Of a stretch of DNA of 64,000 nucleotides, positions 46,683 through 55,454 are shown piece after piece. Made by a program: the position numbers and the translations under genes. Each line of letters opens with the position of its first letter. The stretch's first letter is position 1. Source of the stretch: Candidatus Zambryskibacteria bacterium RIFCSPHIGHO2_01_FULL_46_25 (lineage in GTDB: Bacteria; Patescibacteriota; Minisyncoccia; Phycocordibacterales; Zambryskibacteraceae); NCBI GenBank assembly GCA_001825155.1, contig MHVH01000005.1:70413-134412 (forward strand). Reading direction: 5' to 3'. Under the pieces are notes generated by a model that saw nothing but the letters and a program-made list of their open reading frames with translations, searched no databases and was not told the origin of the DNA.

Positions 46683-47252
46683 TTATTTTTTGACGGCTTC
46701 GGTAAATGTCAGCTTCGAATAGTCCTTATCGTTTATTCCTTCGAGCGCATAAATTTGCGTCGTGGAAAACTTCTTCATATTCGCCTTGTCCAGACCAAGC
46801 CATTCGATTGCCTTGTCTATTTCCTCCCAGCTATCCGCCTCGATTTCCAGATACGGGTCGAGAAGCGGCCACTCGTCGATATCGAACTCGATGCCGTCTT
46901 TTTCGTAACGAGTGCGCTTATTCTCAAAATAGAATTTATTTGCCAACCCAAGTTCATAGAGAAAAGCCGCCGTCTCACCAAAATCGCTTACTGCAAATTC
47001 GATCTCCTTCATTCCCGCATCATTGCCTGAATTTCCTCGTCTTCCCAAGCGCTGTTTGAAAGAAAGCATGATTTTATCACTCTCATCACGCAGGCGAATC
47101 CAGGCACCCTTTTTATCAAGGCTTAGGTCCGGGTAATCGAAAACCTGTCGTTTGTAGAAATATTCCCCTACTTTTTTAGCTCCAAGTTCAACAAGTTTTT
47201 TCTCCAAAGCCTCCTTATCGACTTTTAGAAATTTAACTTCTATTTCTTCCAT
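46683..47252 (-). CDS. CYTH-domain protein (class IV adenylate cyclase-like)
   Basis: EIEVKF, WIRLR, EIE, KRTRY, YLEIE. Confidence 0.88.
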   Translation of the reverse strand: MEEIEVKFLKVDKEALEKKLVELGAKKVGEYFYKRQVFDYPDLSLDKKGAWIRLRDESDKIMLSFKQRLGRRGNSGNDAGMKEIEFAVSDFGETAAFLYELGLANKFYFENKRTRYEKDGIEFDIDEWPLLDPYLEIEADSWEEIDKAIEWLGLDKANMKKFSTTQIYALEGINDKDYSKLTFTEAVKK

Positions 47253-47337
47253 GTGGTCTAGGATAACACAACTGGACGAGTGGATGGAATTTTCAATAAT
47301 TAGGTTATAATTGAATTATAAAAATAATTTAAATTTT

Positions 47338-47400
47338 ATGGCAAAAGGAAACAACCGCCAGCAGAAGAAAGTAAAGAAGCCAAAGAAGAGCAAGAAGTAG
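47338..47400 (+). CDS. 20-aa Lys-rich microprotein
   Basis: MAKGNNRQQKKVKKPKKSKK; TATAAT upstream; below ORF-track cutoff. Confidence 0.55.
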   Translation: MAKGNNRQQKKVKKPKKSKK

Positions 47401-47407
47401 CTTTAAG

Positions 47408-47620
47408 CTAAGCGTGATCGGCTGTCGTGGGCTTCTTCGGGATGATGAGGATGGCGAAGATGTATGCCACTACACCCGGCACGAAGCCGGTGAAGACGAC
47501 TATAAGGAGCCACAGGAGGCGCAGAAGCACGGAGTCAATGTCGAAGTATTCCCCCAATCCTCCGCAAATCCCCGCGAACACCTTGTCGGTATTGCTCCTA
47601 TAAAGCTTTTTGTGTGCCAT
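47408..47620 (-). CDS. PspC-domain protein
   Basis: KKLYRS..DKVFAGICGGLGEYF.ID...RL. Confidence 0.92.
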   Translation of the reverse strand: MAHKKLYRSNTDKVFAGICGGLGEYFDIDSVLLRLLWLLIVVFTGFVPGVVAYIFAILIIPKKPTTADHA

Positions 47621-47773
47621 GGGGATATTATAGCAAATTTTAATTCTGAAACTTGGCTACATTATACGACCAAGTTAGAACCTGTTTCTAGCAGAACAAT
47701 TGATCGCGCGCCCTGCGGGCGTGCTCGCCTCGGGCTGTTACCGTTAGGGCTATGAGCGCCTAAACGCCTAGGT

Positions 47774-47977
47774 TCAGGCATTTCTAGCGAACGGCTCAAA
47801 ATTACCATTATTGACCAGAACGGCACTTTCGGCCTCGGTAGGGATTTCTGGGGCCACAGGTGGCACAGCGATAGGTTCAGAAGTGCTTGATGGAAGTGAT
47901 GCATCAAGGGTAGGCTCTTGGTGGCTTGGTGGAGTAGATATTTCTTCGGGAATGGGGTTTTGAGGTTCGTCAGGCAT
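47774..47977 (-). CDS. Pro/Glu-rich small protein or gene remnant
   Basis: MPDEPQNPIPEE..., low complexity. Confidence 0.4.
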   Translation of the reverse strand: MPDEPQNPIPEEISTPPSHQEPTLDASLPSSTSEPIAVPPVAPEIPTEAESAVLVNNGNFEPFARNA

Positions 47978-48060
47978 AAAAAATATTTTAACAGACTTTA
48001 ATTATCCCCAAGTTTATCGTTTAATCATTGACTTTTCATTGATTCACCGCTATGATGGCT

Positions 48061-48150
48061 ATGGTGCTTGTGAGGGCTTCGGCTCTCCCGCGGTTAAGTA
48101 TAAACTGCAGCCAAGTACCATCAAAGCACATCGCGCAAGCGGTGTTTTTT
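48061..48150 (+). ncRNA. Candidate ~90-nt small RNA convergent on the RNase-like gene
   Basis: Promoter TTGACT-17-TATGAT (48028-48056); stem 48061-70/48112-21 enclosing GAGGGC-UUCG-GCUCUC and a second hairpin; terminator 48128-48150. Confidence 0.55.
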
Positions 48151-48175
48151 GATGGTAAATTTATTTGATAATAAC

Positions 48176-48664
48176 TCAGTCATTTTCAGGGTTTCCGCTA
48201 TACATAACTCTCTCATTGGTGTTCTTATTAGTTCCCCAGAATGGTATTAGACTCCAAAAGAATTTCTCACCTCCCTCCACCTCTTTGACTATAACTTTCA
48301 GTCTAATTTTTGAACCGCGCGATTCCATGACGGCGATAAATTCATAGTAAGTGGTAACTTTCATCACTTTTTCCCAACGACTATTTATCTTAACTCTTTC
48401 AATCTTTTTCGTAGTCCATATTCCTTGTAGAGTTTTAGATTGACTTATAATTTCTGGAGCTAGTTTTATATGTCTAAATCTTGCAAACTGATCGTTTGAA
48501 ACACGAGTGTTATTCCAACTTTTAAATACTAGGTGGTCCCATCCTTTTACATTAAAATGTACGTCACCTGCAAAATAAGGACAACGAACTTTACCAATTT
48601 TCTTATAAAAATCTTCAGCCAGATTTTTTACCTCATTAAATTTCTCAACTGTAAATTCCATCAT
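48176..48664 (-). CDS. BECR/RelE-like ribonuclease toxin candidate
   Basis: CPYF..VHFN.KGW.HL, RF..I..A..II, IKVIV...KFFWSLIP; AT-rich. Confidence 0.55.
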   Translation of the reverse strand: MMEFTVEKFNEVKNLAEDFYKKIGKVRCPYFAGDVHFNVKGWDHLVFKSWNNTRVSNDQFARFRHIKLAPEIISQSKTLQGIWTTKKIERVKINSRWEKVMKVTTYYEFIAVMESRGSKIRLKVIVKEVEGGEKFFWSLIPFWGTNKNTNERVMYSGNPEND

Positions 48665-48733
48665 ACATCATAAATTATATTACTTTGTTAGTTTCTTTCA
48701 TAATCCTGTCAGTTTCAACAAGAGCGACAATAA

Positions 48734-50017
48734 TTATAAACTACAACTCTTCGTCGAAGTTCCACCCTTCTCATTACGGAAGATACAAAGAAATTGATTA
48801 ACATGAGCATTATAAGAACTCATGAAATCTATTTGGTCAGGAGATAAACCGCGATTCTCTTCCATAATTTTTACTACCTCCTTTAACTGAAAGAGTATTG
48901 AATCTAAAACCATTAAGGATTTAGAGAAATTTGGATTAGTGGCTACAAGTGAAATGTGTTCGGTATAAATATCCTCCATCTCTTTCAATGCTTCTTGCCA
49001 TGATGTCAGTACTTCCGACTTATATTTCGGTAGCTTATCCTTATATGCTTGAACTTTCTCATCATAATCATCCATAAATTGCCTCTCTTCAATAGAAAGG
49101 TCGTTGTTTTTCTCCATTGCCACAAGTATGGATTTTAATTGAAAGTGTATGGAATCTAAGGCTGAAATTGATTCGGTAAAATCAGTCCCTCTAACTTTAA
49201 GTGATGCTTGCGATGTCTCCACATCTTTTAGTGCGACTTGCCACGAGGCCAATACCTCAGGCGTATATTTTGGTAATTTCTCATTTAAATAAACACCGAC
49301 AGAAATGAATAATATTACTATTAATACGAAAACACTCATTTCTTTTTTAGGTGTTTTTGTATCTTTCTTGAAAACAATGTAAATCAAAACTAATGCCAGA
49401 ACCCACGTAATAGAAAAACTAAAAATAGTTCCCCAATCATCCCAATGTATTACTGATAGGTTGAAAATAGCATGAAAAACAATTGCCAAAGTAAGTGCAA
49501 GAGTTGTAATAACGACACGCTTTCTTACAGATTTGTAAAATGAGAATGCTAAGGCGACTCCGATAATGCTACTTGCAACTACGTGTAAGAGACTTGCCCC
49601 AATAAAGCGTAAATTACCAGTGATAACGCTTCGAGTGGTATCTTCTCCAATAAGCGGTCCGACGACATAGAGAACATTTTCTAAAGCGGCAAAACCAAGT
49701 GCCGCTACTATCATATAAATTAGTGTCTTTGCCCTATCAATTTTAAGGAACTTAATAGCACATAAGACTACAGACAACTTAATAACTTCCTCCACAGTAG
49801 CCCATAAGAAAAGGACGATTGGTGGTGAGCCTGGGATAAATATGCTAAATGCTTTCTGAAATGGGAGAGCGAATAATACTGCAATAGCTCCACCCACAAA
49901 GACAAATATTGCGGACTTATTATCAAGACTCTGTTTTCTCGTCCAAAACCATACCCATATCAGTATGGAAATTGAACTTGCTACGACTGCGATGGAAATT
50001 GGATAAGCTAACTGCAT
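48734..50017 (-). CDS. PrsW-family intramembrane protease with duplicated C-terminal domain
   Basis: EEVIK, LGFAALEN, LLH, FHAIFN; two ~82-aa repeats KLPKY..EVL.SWQ.ALK. Confidence 0.85.
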   Translation of the reverse strand: MQLAYPISIAVVASSISILIWVWFWTRKQSLDNKSAIFVFVGGAIAVLFALPFQKAFSIFIPGSPPIVLFLWATVEEVIKLSVVLCAIKFLKIDRAKTLIYMIVAALGFAALENVLYVVGPLIGEDTTRSVITGNLRFIGASLLHVVASSIIGVALAFSFYKSVRKRVVITTLALTLAIVFHAIFNLSVIHWDDWGTIFSFSITWVLALVLIYIVFKKDTKTPKKEMSVFVLIVILFISVGVYLNEKLPKYTPEVLASWQVALKDVETSQASLKVRGTDFTESISALDSIHFQLKSILVAMEKNNDLSIEERQFMDDYDEKVQAYKDKLPKYKSEVLTSWQEALKEMEDIYTEHISLVATNPNFSKSLMVLDSILFQLKEVVKIMEENRGLSPDQIDFMSSYNAHVNQFLCIFRNEKGGTSTKSCSL

Positions 50018-50086
50018 TTTGTATTATTTAAAAACCAAAGTATCTTTTTATAAAATAATATTTAAATCAGTTACTCACTTTTCTTT

Positions 50087-50268
50087 TTACCAACCAAGCT
50101 TATTTTTTAGGCAATCAATACAATTTATATTTTCTTTAACCACTGATTTGATATTATTCTCATCGAGCATTATTCCACAGAGAGCCACACCACTCTTTTG
50201 AGGCACGTTTTGATTGTTAAGTGGTCCCCCTTTATGTTTAATGCGTTCCCAATGGGTTATTTTTTTCA
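50087..50268 (-). CDS. Small Cys-containing hypothetical protein
   Basis: MKKITHW...ALCG...NCIDC; start uncertain. Confidence 0.45.
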
Positions 50269-50340
50269 TTTTATTGGACTGGTATTTATTAAAATTATTA
50301 TCACAATTGTTCACCCTATTATACAATGAATTTTTCACCT

Positions 50341-50420
50341 TCGCCCCTTTCCGCTCATACCACTCAAAAAAGTCTTATCACCGCGAAAATTAAAATAGTA
50401 TGATAAGCGGAAAGGGGCGA
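50341..50420. repeat. 15-bp inverted repeat hairpin
   Basis: TCGCCCCTTTCCGCT / AGCGGAAAGGGGCGA. Confidence 0.8.
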
Positions 50421-50612
50421 GGGTTCGCCGAGCGAAGCGAGGCGTTAGCGCGCCGAAGGCGCGCGGTTAATGGTTCTGCTGGAAATAGGTTCTAACTTGG
50501 TCGTATAATGTAGCCCGAATAAAACTCACATCATTTTCAGAGAATTTTTCTCGCGCGGCGCGGAGCGCCGCGCGCCAGAATTTTAGTCCTGACGAAGTAA
50601 GTCACATTCGGG

Positions 50613-50683
50613 CTGCCGGACTTGGACTCGAACCAAGATACTCGCCTCCAGAGGGCGATGTCCTACCATTAGACGATCCGGCA
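50613..50683 (-). tRNA. tRNA-Gln(CTG)
   Basis: TGCCGGATCGTCTAATGGTAGGACA-TCGCC-CTCTGGA-GGCGA...GGTTCGAGTCC. Confidence 0.96.
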
Positions 50684-50777
50684 ATACGGGCTCAGATTAC
50701 ATTAAAAATCGGTTGTTTTCAATACATAGATTAAGAAAAGGGCCGTCGCTACGGCCCCTTTCGGGAATTCTTTTGAT

Positions 50778-50999
50778 TTATTTCGTCGGTTTGACGCCTT
50801 CCGCCTGTTTCGGCTTCAGACGCCAGAGCTTCTCGAGCATATCGCCCTCTTCCCCGCACCCCTTGCAGACGTCGATGTGATAGCCCCCCTCGCATGCATT
50901 CGAACAGTCGTGTCCAGGCTTGCCCCACGGCACTTCGCACATCAAACAAATACACCAAGTTACCTTCATAATCACCTCCGACGAGTCTTTCTCTACCAT
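50778..50999 (-). CDS. Small Cys-rich (Zn-finger-like) protein
   Basis: CICLMC, CSNAC, CKGC; terminator 50737-50762. Confidence 0.55.
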   Translation of the reverse strand: MVEKDSSEVIMKVTWCICLMCEVPWGKPGHDCSNACEGGYHIDVCKGCGEEGDMLEKLWRLKPKQAEGVKPTK

Positions 51000-51046
51000 A
51001 CCACAGCCGCGTTTGGGTGTAATTATAGTCTGTGCACAACGCCGAT

Positions 51047-51988
51047 TTAGACTTTCAAGTATTTCCTTATTGCCAGAATACTCGACAACGCTCCGATAAT
51101 TATACCAGCGGACATGATGATAAGAGCAATCTCGGCAAAGCTCGCCAGATAGTAAGAGAAAATATTGAATCCGGTAAAGAAGCTCTCCGTTGCTCCCCCA
51201 AGCCAGTATGTAATGGGGAAAAAGAGTATGAGCGCCAAGAGTCCCGCCACCACTCCGTAGATAATTCCAACCATAACGAACGGTCCTTGGATATAGGCTG
51301 TGGAGGCGCCCACAAGCCTCATAACACTTATCTCATCCTTGGCTATGTAGATAGTCAAGCGAATAGTGTTGAAAGCGATAAGCATGGATATGACCGCGAG
51401 AATGATAGTGAGAGCGAAGCCAAGCCTGTCCGCAGAATCTATAATCTTGGCGAGTTTGTCTATGGCTGTTTTGTTCTGGAAATAATTTACCCTGTCGATG
51501 ATGCTGATACCTTTCTCCGAGAGGGCGCTGCCGCTTTCAAGGAATTCCGCCACCGAGGCGTATTGGGAAGGATTGCGAGCCTTGATATTGAGGACTGCTC
51601 CCAAGGGGTTCTCCCCCAGCTCATCAAGAGCCGCGAGTATCGCCTGGTCGTTTGCATGCCTATTTTTGAACGCCGTCAGAGCCTCTTCGCGGGAAATGTA
51701 TGTTACGAGAAGCACTTCCTGCAGGGACTCGAGCGAATGCTTGATCTCGAGAACGTTCTCTTCCGATGCCGTGGGGACGAAGGTAACATTGATATCAATC
51801 TTGTCGCGTAATTCCGCAAGAGACGTCTCAAGTATCGCGCCAGAGAAGAAAATAAGACCGATAGTCATAAGCGTTACCATCATGACGAGGACGGAAGCAA
51901 GTGATACAGTGCCATTCCTCCAGAAATTGAAGAAGCCCGTGCGCATGACCCTCTTCAAATTCGTCCAGTACATTTCTTTGCCTGACAT
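51047..51988 (-). CDS. ftsX: Cell division permease FtsX
   Basis: ISREEAL, ENPL, NTIRLTI...EISVMRLVGA. Confidence 0.93.
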   Translation of the reverse strand: MSGKEMYWTNLKRVMRTGFFNFWRNGTVSLASVLVMMVTLMTIGLIFFSGAILETSLAELRDKIDINVTFVPTASEENVLEIKHSLESLQEVLLVTYISREEALTAFKNRHANDQAILAALDELGENPLGAVLNIKARNPSQYASVAEFLESGSALSEKGISIIDRVNYFQNKTAIDKLAKIIDSADRLGFALTIILAVISMLIAFNTIRLTIYIAKDEISVMRLVGASTAYIQGPFVMVGIIYGVVAGLLALILFFPITYWLGGATESFFTGFNIFSYYLASFAEIALIIMSAGIIIGALSSILAIRKYLKV

Positions 51989-52012
51989 GTTACTTGTAGT
52001 GAGTTTATCGAA

Positions 52013-52696
52013 CTATTTAATGAAATATTTGCCGCTCTTGTCGTCGCGGACAATCCTGCCCTTGTCCATGGCGATGACGCGCTTGCCGAGTGAATCTATT
52101 ATACCCTTGTTGTGCGTGGTAAGAATGACGATGGTGCCAAGGTCATTAATCTTCTTTAATATCTGGACAACGTCGTAGGTATTAACAGGGTCAAGATTCC
52201 CCGTGGGCTCATCCGCGATAATAACATCCGGCTCGTTGACGAGTGCCCGCGCGATGGCCACTCTCTGCTTCTCTCCGCCGGAGAGCTCTCGGGGGAAATT
52301 CCAAATTTTATTTGACAGGTCAACCAAGTTAAGCACGTGTGGCACGTCCTGCTCGATTTCCTCGTCGCTTCTGCCGGCCGCCTCCATGGTGAAGGCGATA
52401 TTCTCATAGACGGTCTTGTTCGGCAGGAGACGGAAATCTTGGAAAACCATACCAATCTTCCTGCGGAAATTATTGATAGCTTTCTTGTCTAGGGTGTGGA
52501 CATTCGTTTCGTCAAAAAAAATGGCCCCCTCAGTAGGCTTCTCCTCGGCCAGGAAGAGTTTGAGCAAAGTCGTCTTGCCGGCGCCCGATGGGCCGACTAT
52601 CGAGACGAATTCCCGCGGCTCTATGGAGAAGCTCACATTATCCAGAGCGACCGATTCATCGGGATAAACTTTTGATACGCGTTCAAAAGAGATCAT
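52013..52696 (-). CDS. ftsE: Cell division ATPase FtsE
   Basis: [34 protein letters not shown]. Confidence 0.95.
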   Translation of the reverse strand: MISFERVSKVYPDESVALDNVSFSIEPREFVSIVGPSGAGKTTLLKLFLAEEKPTEGAIFFDETNVHTLDKKAINNFRRKIGMVFQDFRLLPNKTVYENIAFTMEAAGRSDEEIEQDVPHVLNLVDLSNKIWNFPRELSGGEKQRVAIARALVNEPDVIIADEPTGNLDPVNTYDVVQILKKINDLGTIVILTTHNKGIIDSLGKRVIAMDKGRIVRDDKSGKYFIK

Positions 52697-52788
52697 TAAC
52701 AAACATTTTATCACGCACGTACGGTTGTAACAATAGAAAAAGGGCGGACCGCGTGGTCCGCCCCTTCACGGTTGCGCTACTGGCAATG

Positions 52789-53160
52789 TCAGCGGTCAAG
52801 ATCGAGAACGACCTTGATGGGAATACCGCGGCTGCCATATGGGCTCGTGTTGGCTATCACGTTATGACAGTCATCGGTATCAACATACAGACCCTCTGGC
52901 ATAGTCACGCATGGGTTGAGTGTAGCCCTGAGAAGATCGGGCTTGAATGCCGCAGTATCCATGGGCAGTGGACTCCTCATGGCCTCTGGATACCGTGCAT
53001 AGTATGCCGGCAACATTGCCTTCTGCCACTCGGCAATCTCGACCTTGAGCGCGGCGTTCTCTCGACGGGCCTTTTCCAGGTCCCAAGCCGCCACAGTATA
53101 GAGAAGCGTTAGAGCTGCGAGCATGAAAAGCGCCACGACGACTCCATTCCTTGGTGACAT
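52789..53160 (-). CDS. Hypothetical membrane/coiled-coil protein, self-contained unit
   Basis: GGAGG RBS; promoter TTGACA-17-TATAGT 53203-53231; terminator 52736-52766. Confidence 0.72.
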   Translation of the reverse strand: MSPRNGVVVALFMLAALTLLYTVAAWDLEKARRENAALKVEIAEWQKAMLPAYYARYPEAMRSPLPMDTAAFKPDLLRATLNPCVTMPEGLYVDTDDCHNVIANTSPYGSRGIPIKVVLDLDR

Positions 53161-53287
53161 CTTGACCTCCAACGGCAAAGCCGCAATTTGCGTTCTTTTT
53201 TTACTATACACTTGATTATTTCTTCTGTCAAATCACACTATTAAACCAGGTGAAAACCTTCTTTTATTATTTTCAAATACTCCCCAT

Positions 53288-53323
53288 TACGTTATAATAT
53301 TACGAATGTAAGAAAGTAACGTA
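53288..53323. repeat. Palindromic site B, upstream copy
   Basis: TACGTTATAATATTACGAATGTAAGAAAGTAACGTA, last base is the A of the ATG. Confidence 0.88.
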
Positions 53324-53889
53324 TGGGTAACCTAGAGAATAGAATCAAGAAAAAACGCAGGAAAGAGAATTTGCAGAAAATAATTCTCGCCTCTGTCGCG
53401 GCCGCAGGCGTATTGAGTATTGGGCTTCTTGCCCCAAACGTTCTCAAGGCGATGGATAAATTAGGTATATTACCCAACCCGCGCCGGAGAGAATACATTT
53501 CTTCCTCTGGTTCCAAATTGGTAAAAAGAGGGTTGCTAAAATTCGAGGATGGGCATTATCAGCTGACAAGTCAAGGCGAGAAACTTCTGAGACGTTGGGA
53601 GTTGGCTGATTTTAAGTTAAAGAGGCCTAAGAGATGGGACAAGAAATGGAGGCTGATCGTATACGATATTGCCGAGAGAGGAAAAGGTAAAATACGAAGG
53701 CAAATATTTGAGTTGTTTAAGATCGCCGGTTTTTACAGATTGCAAAATAGCATCTGGGTTTACCCTTATGATTGTGAGGATATAATCGGATTGCTTAAGA
53801 CTGACTTTGGCGTAGGGAGAGAAATTTTATACATAATCGCCGACGAGATAGAGAATGATAAATATCTCCGTGATTATTTTGAAATTTAG
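53323..53889 (+). CDS. PaaX-like wHTH + Cas2-like domain protein (paralog B)
   Basis: KLVKRGLL...YQLTSQG; WDKKWRLIVYDIAE; GFYRLQNSIWVYPYDC. Confidence 0.85.
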   Translation: MGNLENRIKKKRRKENLQKIILASVAAAGVLSIGLLAPNVLKAMDKLGILPNPRRREYISSSGSKLVKRGLLKFEDGHYQLTSQGEKLLRRWELADFKLKRPKRWDKKWRLIVYDIAERGKGKIRRQIFELFKIAGFYRLQNSIWVYPYDCEDIIGLLKTDFGVGREILYIIADEIENDKYLRDYFEI

Positions 53890-53927
53890 ATTAAACTTTA
53901 GACAGGGCGTGGGCACATTACATGCCA

Positions 53928-53963
53928 TACGTTATTTTCTTACGAATGTAGGATAATAACGTA
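53928..53963. repeat. Palindromic site B, downstream copy
   Basis: TACGTTATTTTCTTACGAATGTAGGATAATAACGTA, 30/36 identical to upstream copy. Confidence 0.88.
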
Positions 53964-54003
53964 TTAAGCAACCTGCCAAAATTATTTATGGTATTATTTT
54001 GAT

Positions 54004-54627
54004 ATGAGCAAATATATAGCCATAGTTATCGCGCTTGTTGTGGTGGGGAGCGCCTTTTTTATCAACATTTCCGCTCCGAAGCCGGACGGAAACGTGGGTG
54101 GAATGGGATTAATGCTCCCTTCTTTGTCCTTTTCTCTCTCCAATATTCGCATGCCGAGCCTTGTGGCGAAGCCCTTGCCGCCTGAGGGAGTTCAAGCATG
54201 GAAGACATTCGAGCAGTACAGAACTTTCGCCCAAGAAGGCAATCTCGATGGCGTAAAAAGCCTTTCTCATCAAGTATCAGAAACTTGCGCCAATCCGGCC
54301 ACGTTCGCGGAGTGCCAAGTGTTGATGAATAACGTAGTGGTCTTCACCGAAAATTTCCGCGAAGAAGATTTCAAGAACGTATTCTTTGACGAGCGGCAGA
54401 TTGTCATGTTTACCGACCCTACCGAAACCGCGGAAGGTGATTCTCTAGCGCAAGTGATACTCTTCTTCACGCGAAGAGAATCCGGCGAGCCGAAGGTGCT
54501 CGGCATGCGATTCTGCTTCAAAATGAAATCGGATGAAGAAAAAAACTGCTTCAGCGGCGACCCCGCGACCCGAGATCTGGACGGCAACGGCTGGTGGGAT
54601 TCCGTCGAATCGCTATTCTACAAATAG
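54004..54627 (+). CDS. Hypothetical secreted/membrane-anchored protein
   Basis: N-terminal TM, Cys pairs, DLDGNGWWD motif. Confidence 0.75.
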   Translation: MSKYIAIVIALVVVGSAFFINISAPKPDGNVGGMGLMLPSLSFSLSNIRMPSLVAKPLPPEGVQAWKTFEQYRTFAQEGNLDGVKSLSHQVSETCANPATFAECQVLMNNVVVFTENFREEDFKNVFFDERQIVMFTDPTETAEGDSLAQVILFFTRRESGEPKVLGMRFCFKMKSDEEKNCFSGDPATRDLDGNGWWDSVESLFYK

Positions 54628-54639
54628 ACACAATGTCGC

Positions 54640-54855
54640 TTACTTAAGGCAAGGAGCAAACTGACAATAAGGAGGAGTTCTATAAACTTCCGAACCATCT
54701 GGACATATGGCATAATCCGCGGAGCATGCCCAGCTGCCGTCTATAACGGTTTCTTTCGGCTCCGCGATGTTTTTGCTAAATATCGAATAGGAAAACAAAC
54801 CGAATAGAAGAATGAAAATAGTTCCCCAGATAATCGTGCGTACATCAAGCGTCAT
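54640..54855 (-). CDS. Small membrane protein with Cys motif
   Basis: TM plus ACSADYAICPDGSEVYRTPPYCQFAPC. Confidence 0.75.
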   Translation of the reverse strand: MTLDVRTIIWGTIFILLFGLFSYSIFSKNIAEPKETVIDGSWACSADYAICPDGSEVYRTPPYCQFAPCLK

Positions 54856-55442
54856 AATCTAAAATTTAACAAGGCATCGAATGCTTCCGGAAGACTCGTG
54901 ATGCCAGCCCTTGCGTCAAAATGACCCTTCCCATGACATTCGAGAACTTTGGCGCCGGCTTTCTTAATCCAGGCTTCTTTGTTTTCCGGAGCGACAAACG
55001 GATCATCGTCGGAGAGAAGTACCGTAGCCTTGCCGGCAAGAATCTTCTTGATTCTTTCATCATTTCGCGGAGTGTTGACCCATGGCGCCACTATTTTTCT
55101 ATCTTCTTCCGTATCAATGTTTCGAACGTCATACCAGCCGGCGATGAAAACTGCTCCGCCGATTTTAGTTTCTTCCGGCAAGGTTTCAAGAAACCGCAAA
55201 ATCGCCTGGCAACCGATGCTATGACCGACAAAAAAAGTATTTTCGTTTGGAATGCCGACTAAGTTTTGCAGAAATGGAACCCAAGTTCCAATCTTTGGTT
55301 CGTCCGTATCCGGCATGGCGGGTGCCATGACCTCAAATCCGTTTTTCTTCAATTCATCCGCGAGCCACTTGAGCATCGGTTCCTCGGGCGACCCACTCCA
55401 CCCATGAATTATGTAAACCTTAAATTTTGGTTTTATATCCAT
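54852..55442 (-). CDS. RBBP9/YdeN alpha/beta hydrolase
   Basis: IIHGW, GHSIG, DDPFV, GHF. Confidence 0.9.
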   Translation of the reverse strand: MDIKPKFKVYIIHGWSGSPEEPMLKWLADELKKNGFEVMAPAMPDTDEPKIGTWVPFLQNLVGIPNENTFFVGHSIGCQAILRFLETLPEETKIGGAVFIAGWYDVRNIDTEEDRKIVAPWVNTPRNDERIKKILAGKATVLLSDDDPFVAPENKEAWIKKAGAKVLECHGKGHFDARAGITSLPEAFDALLNFRL

Positions 55443-55454
55443 AAACTCAATATA

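Larger units (their letters stand above)
47655..50515. mobile_element. Island bounded by 43-bp inverted repeats next to tRNA-Gln
   Basis: 47655-47697 vs reverse complement of 50473-50515: 41/43 identical; AT-rich cargo. Confidence 0.7.

Noticed and set aside
48061-48121. Hammerhead ribozyme
   Set aside because: Three-way junction lacks the CUGANGA and GAAA core
40881-53963. CRISPR array or cas operon suggested by Cas2-like genes and 36-bp repeats
   Set aside because: Only two copies per repeat, separated by a ~600-bp gene; no spacers and no cas1 or effector gene in the window
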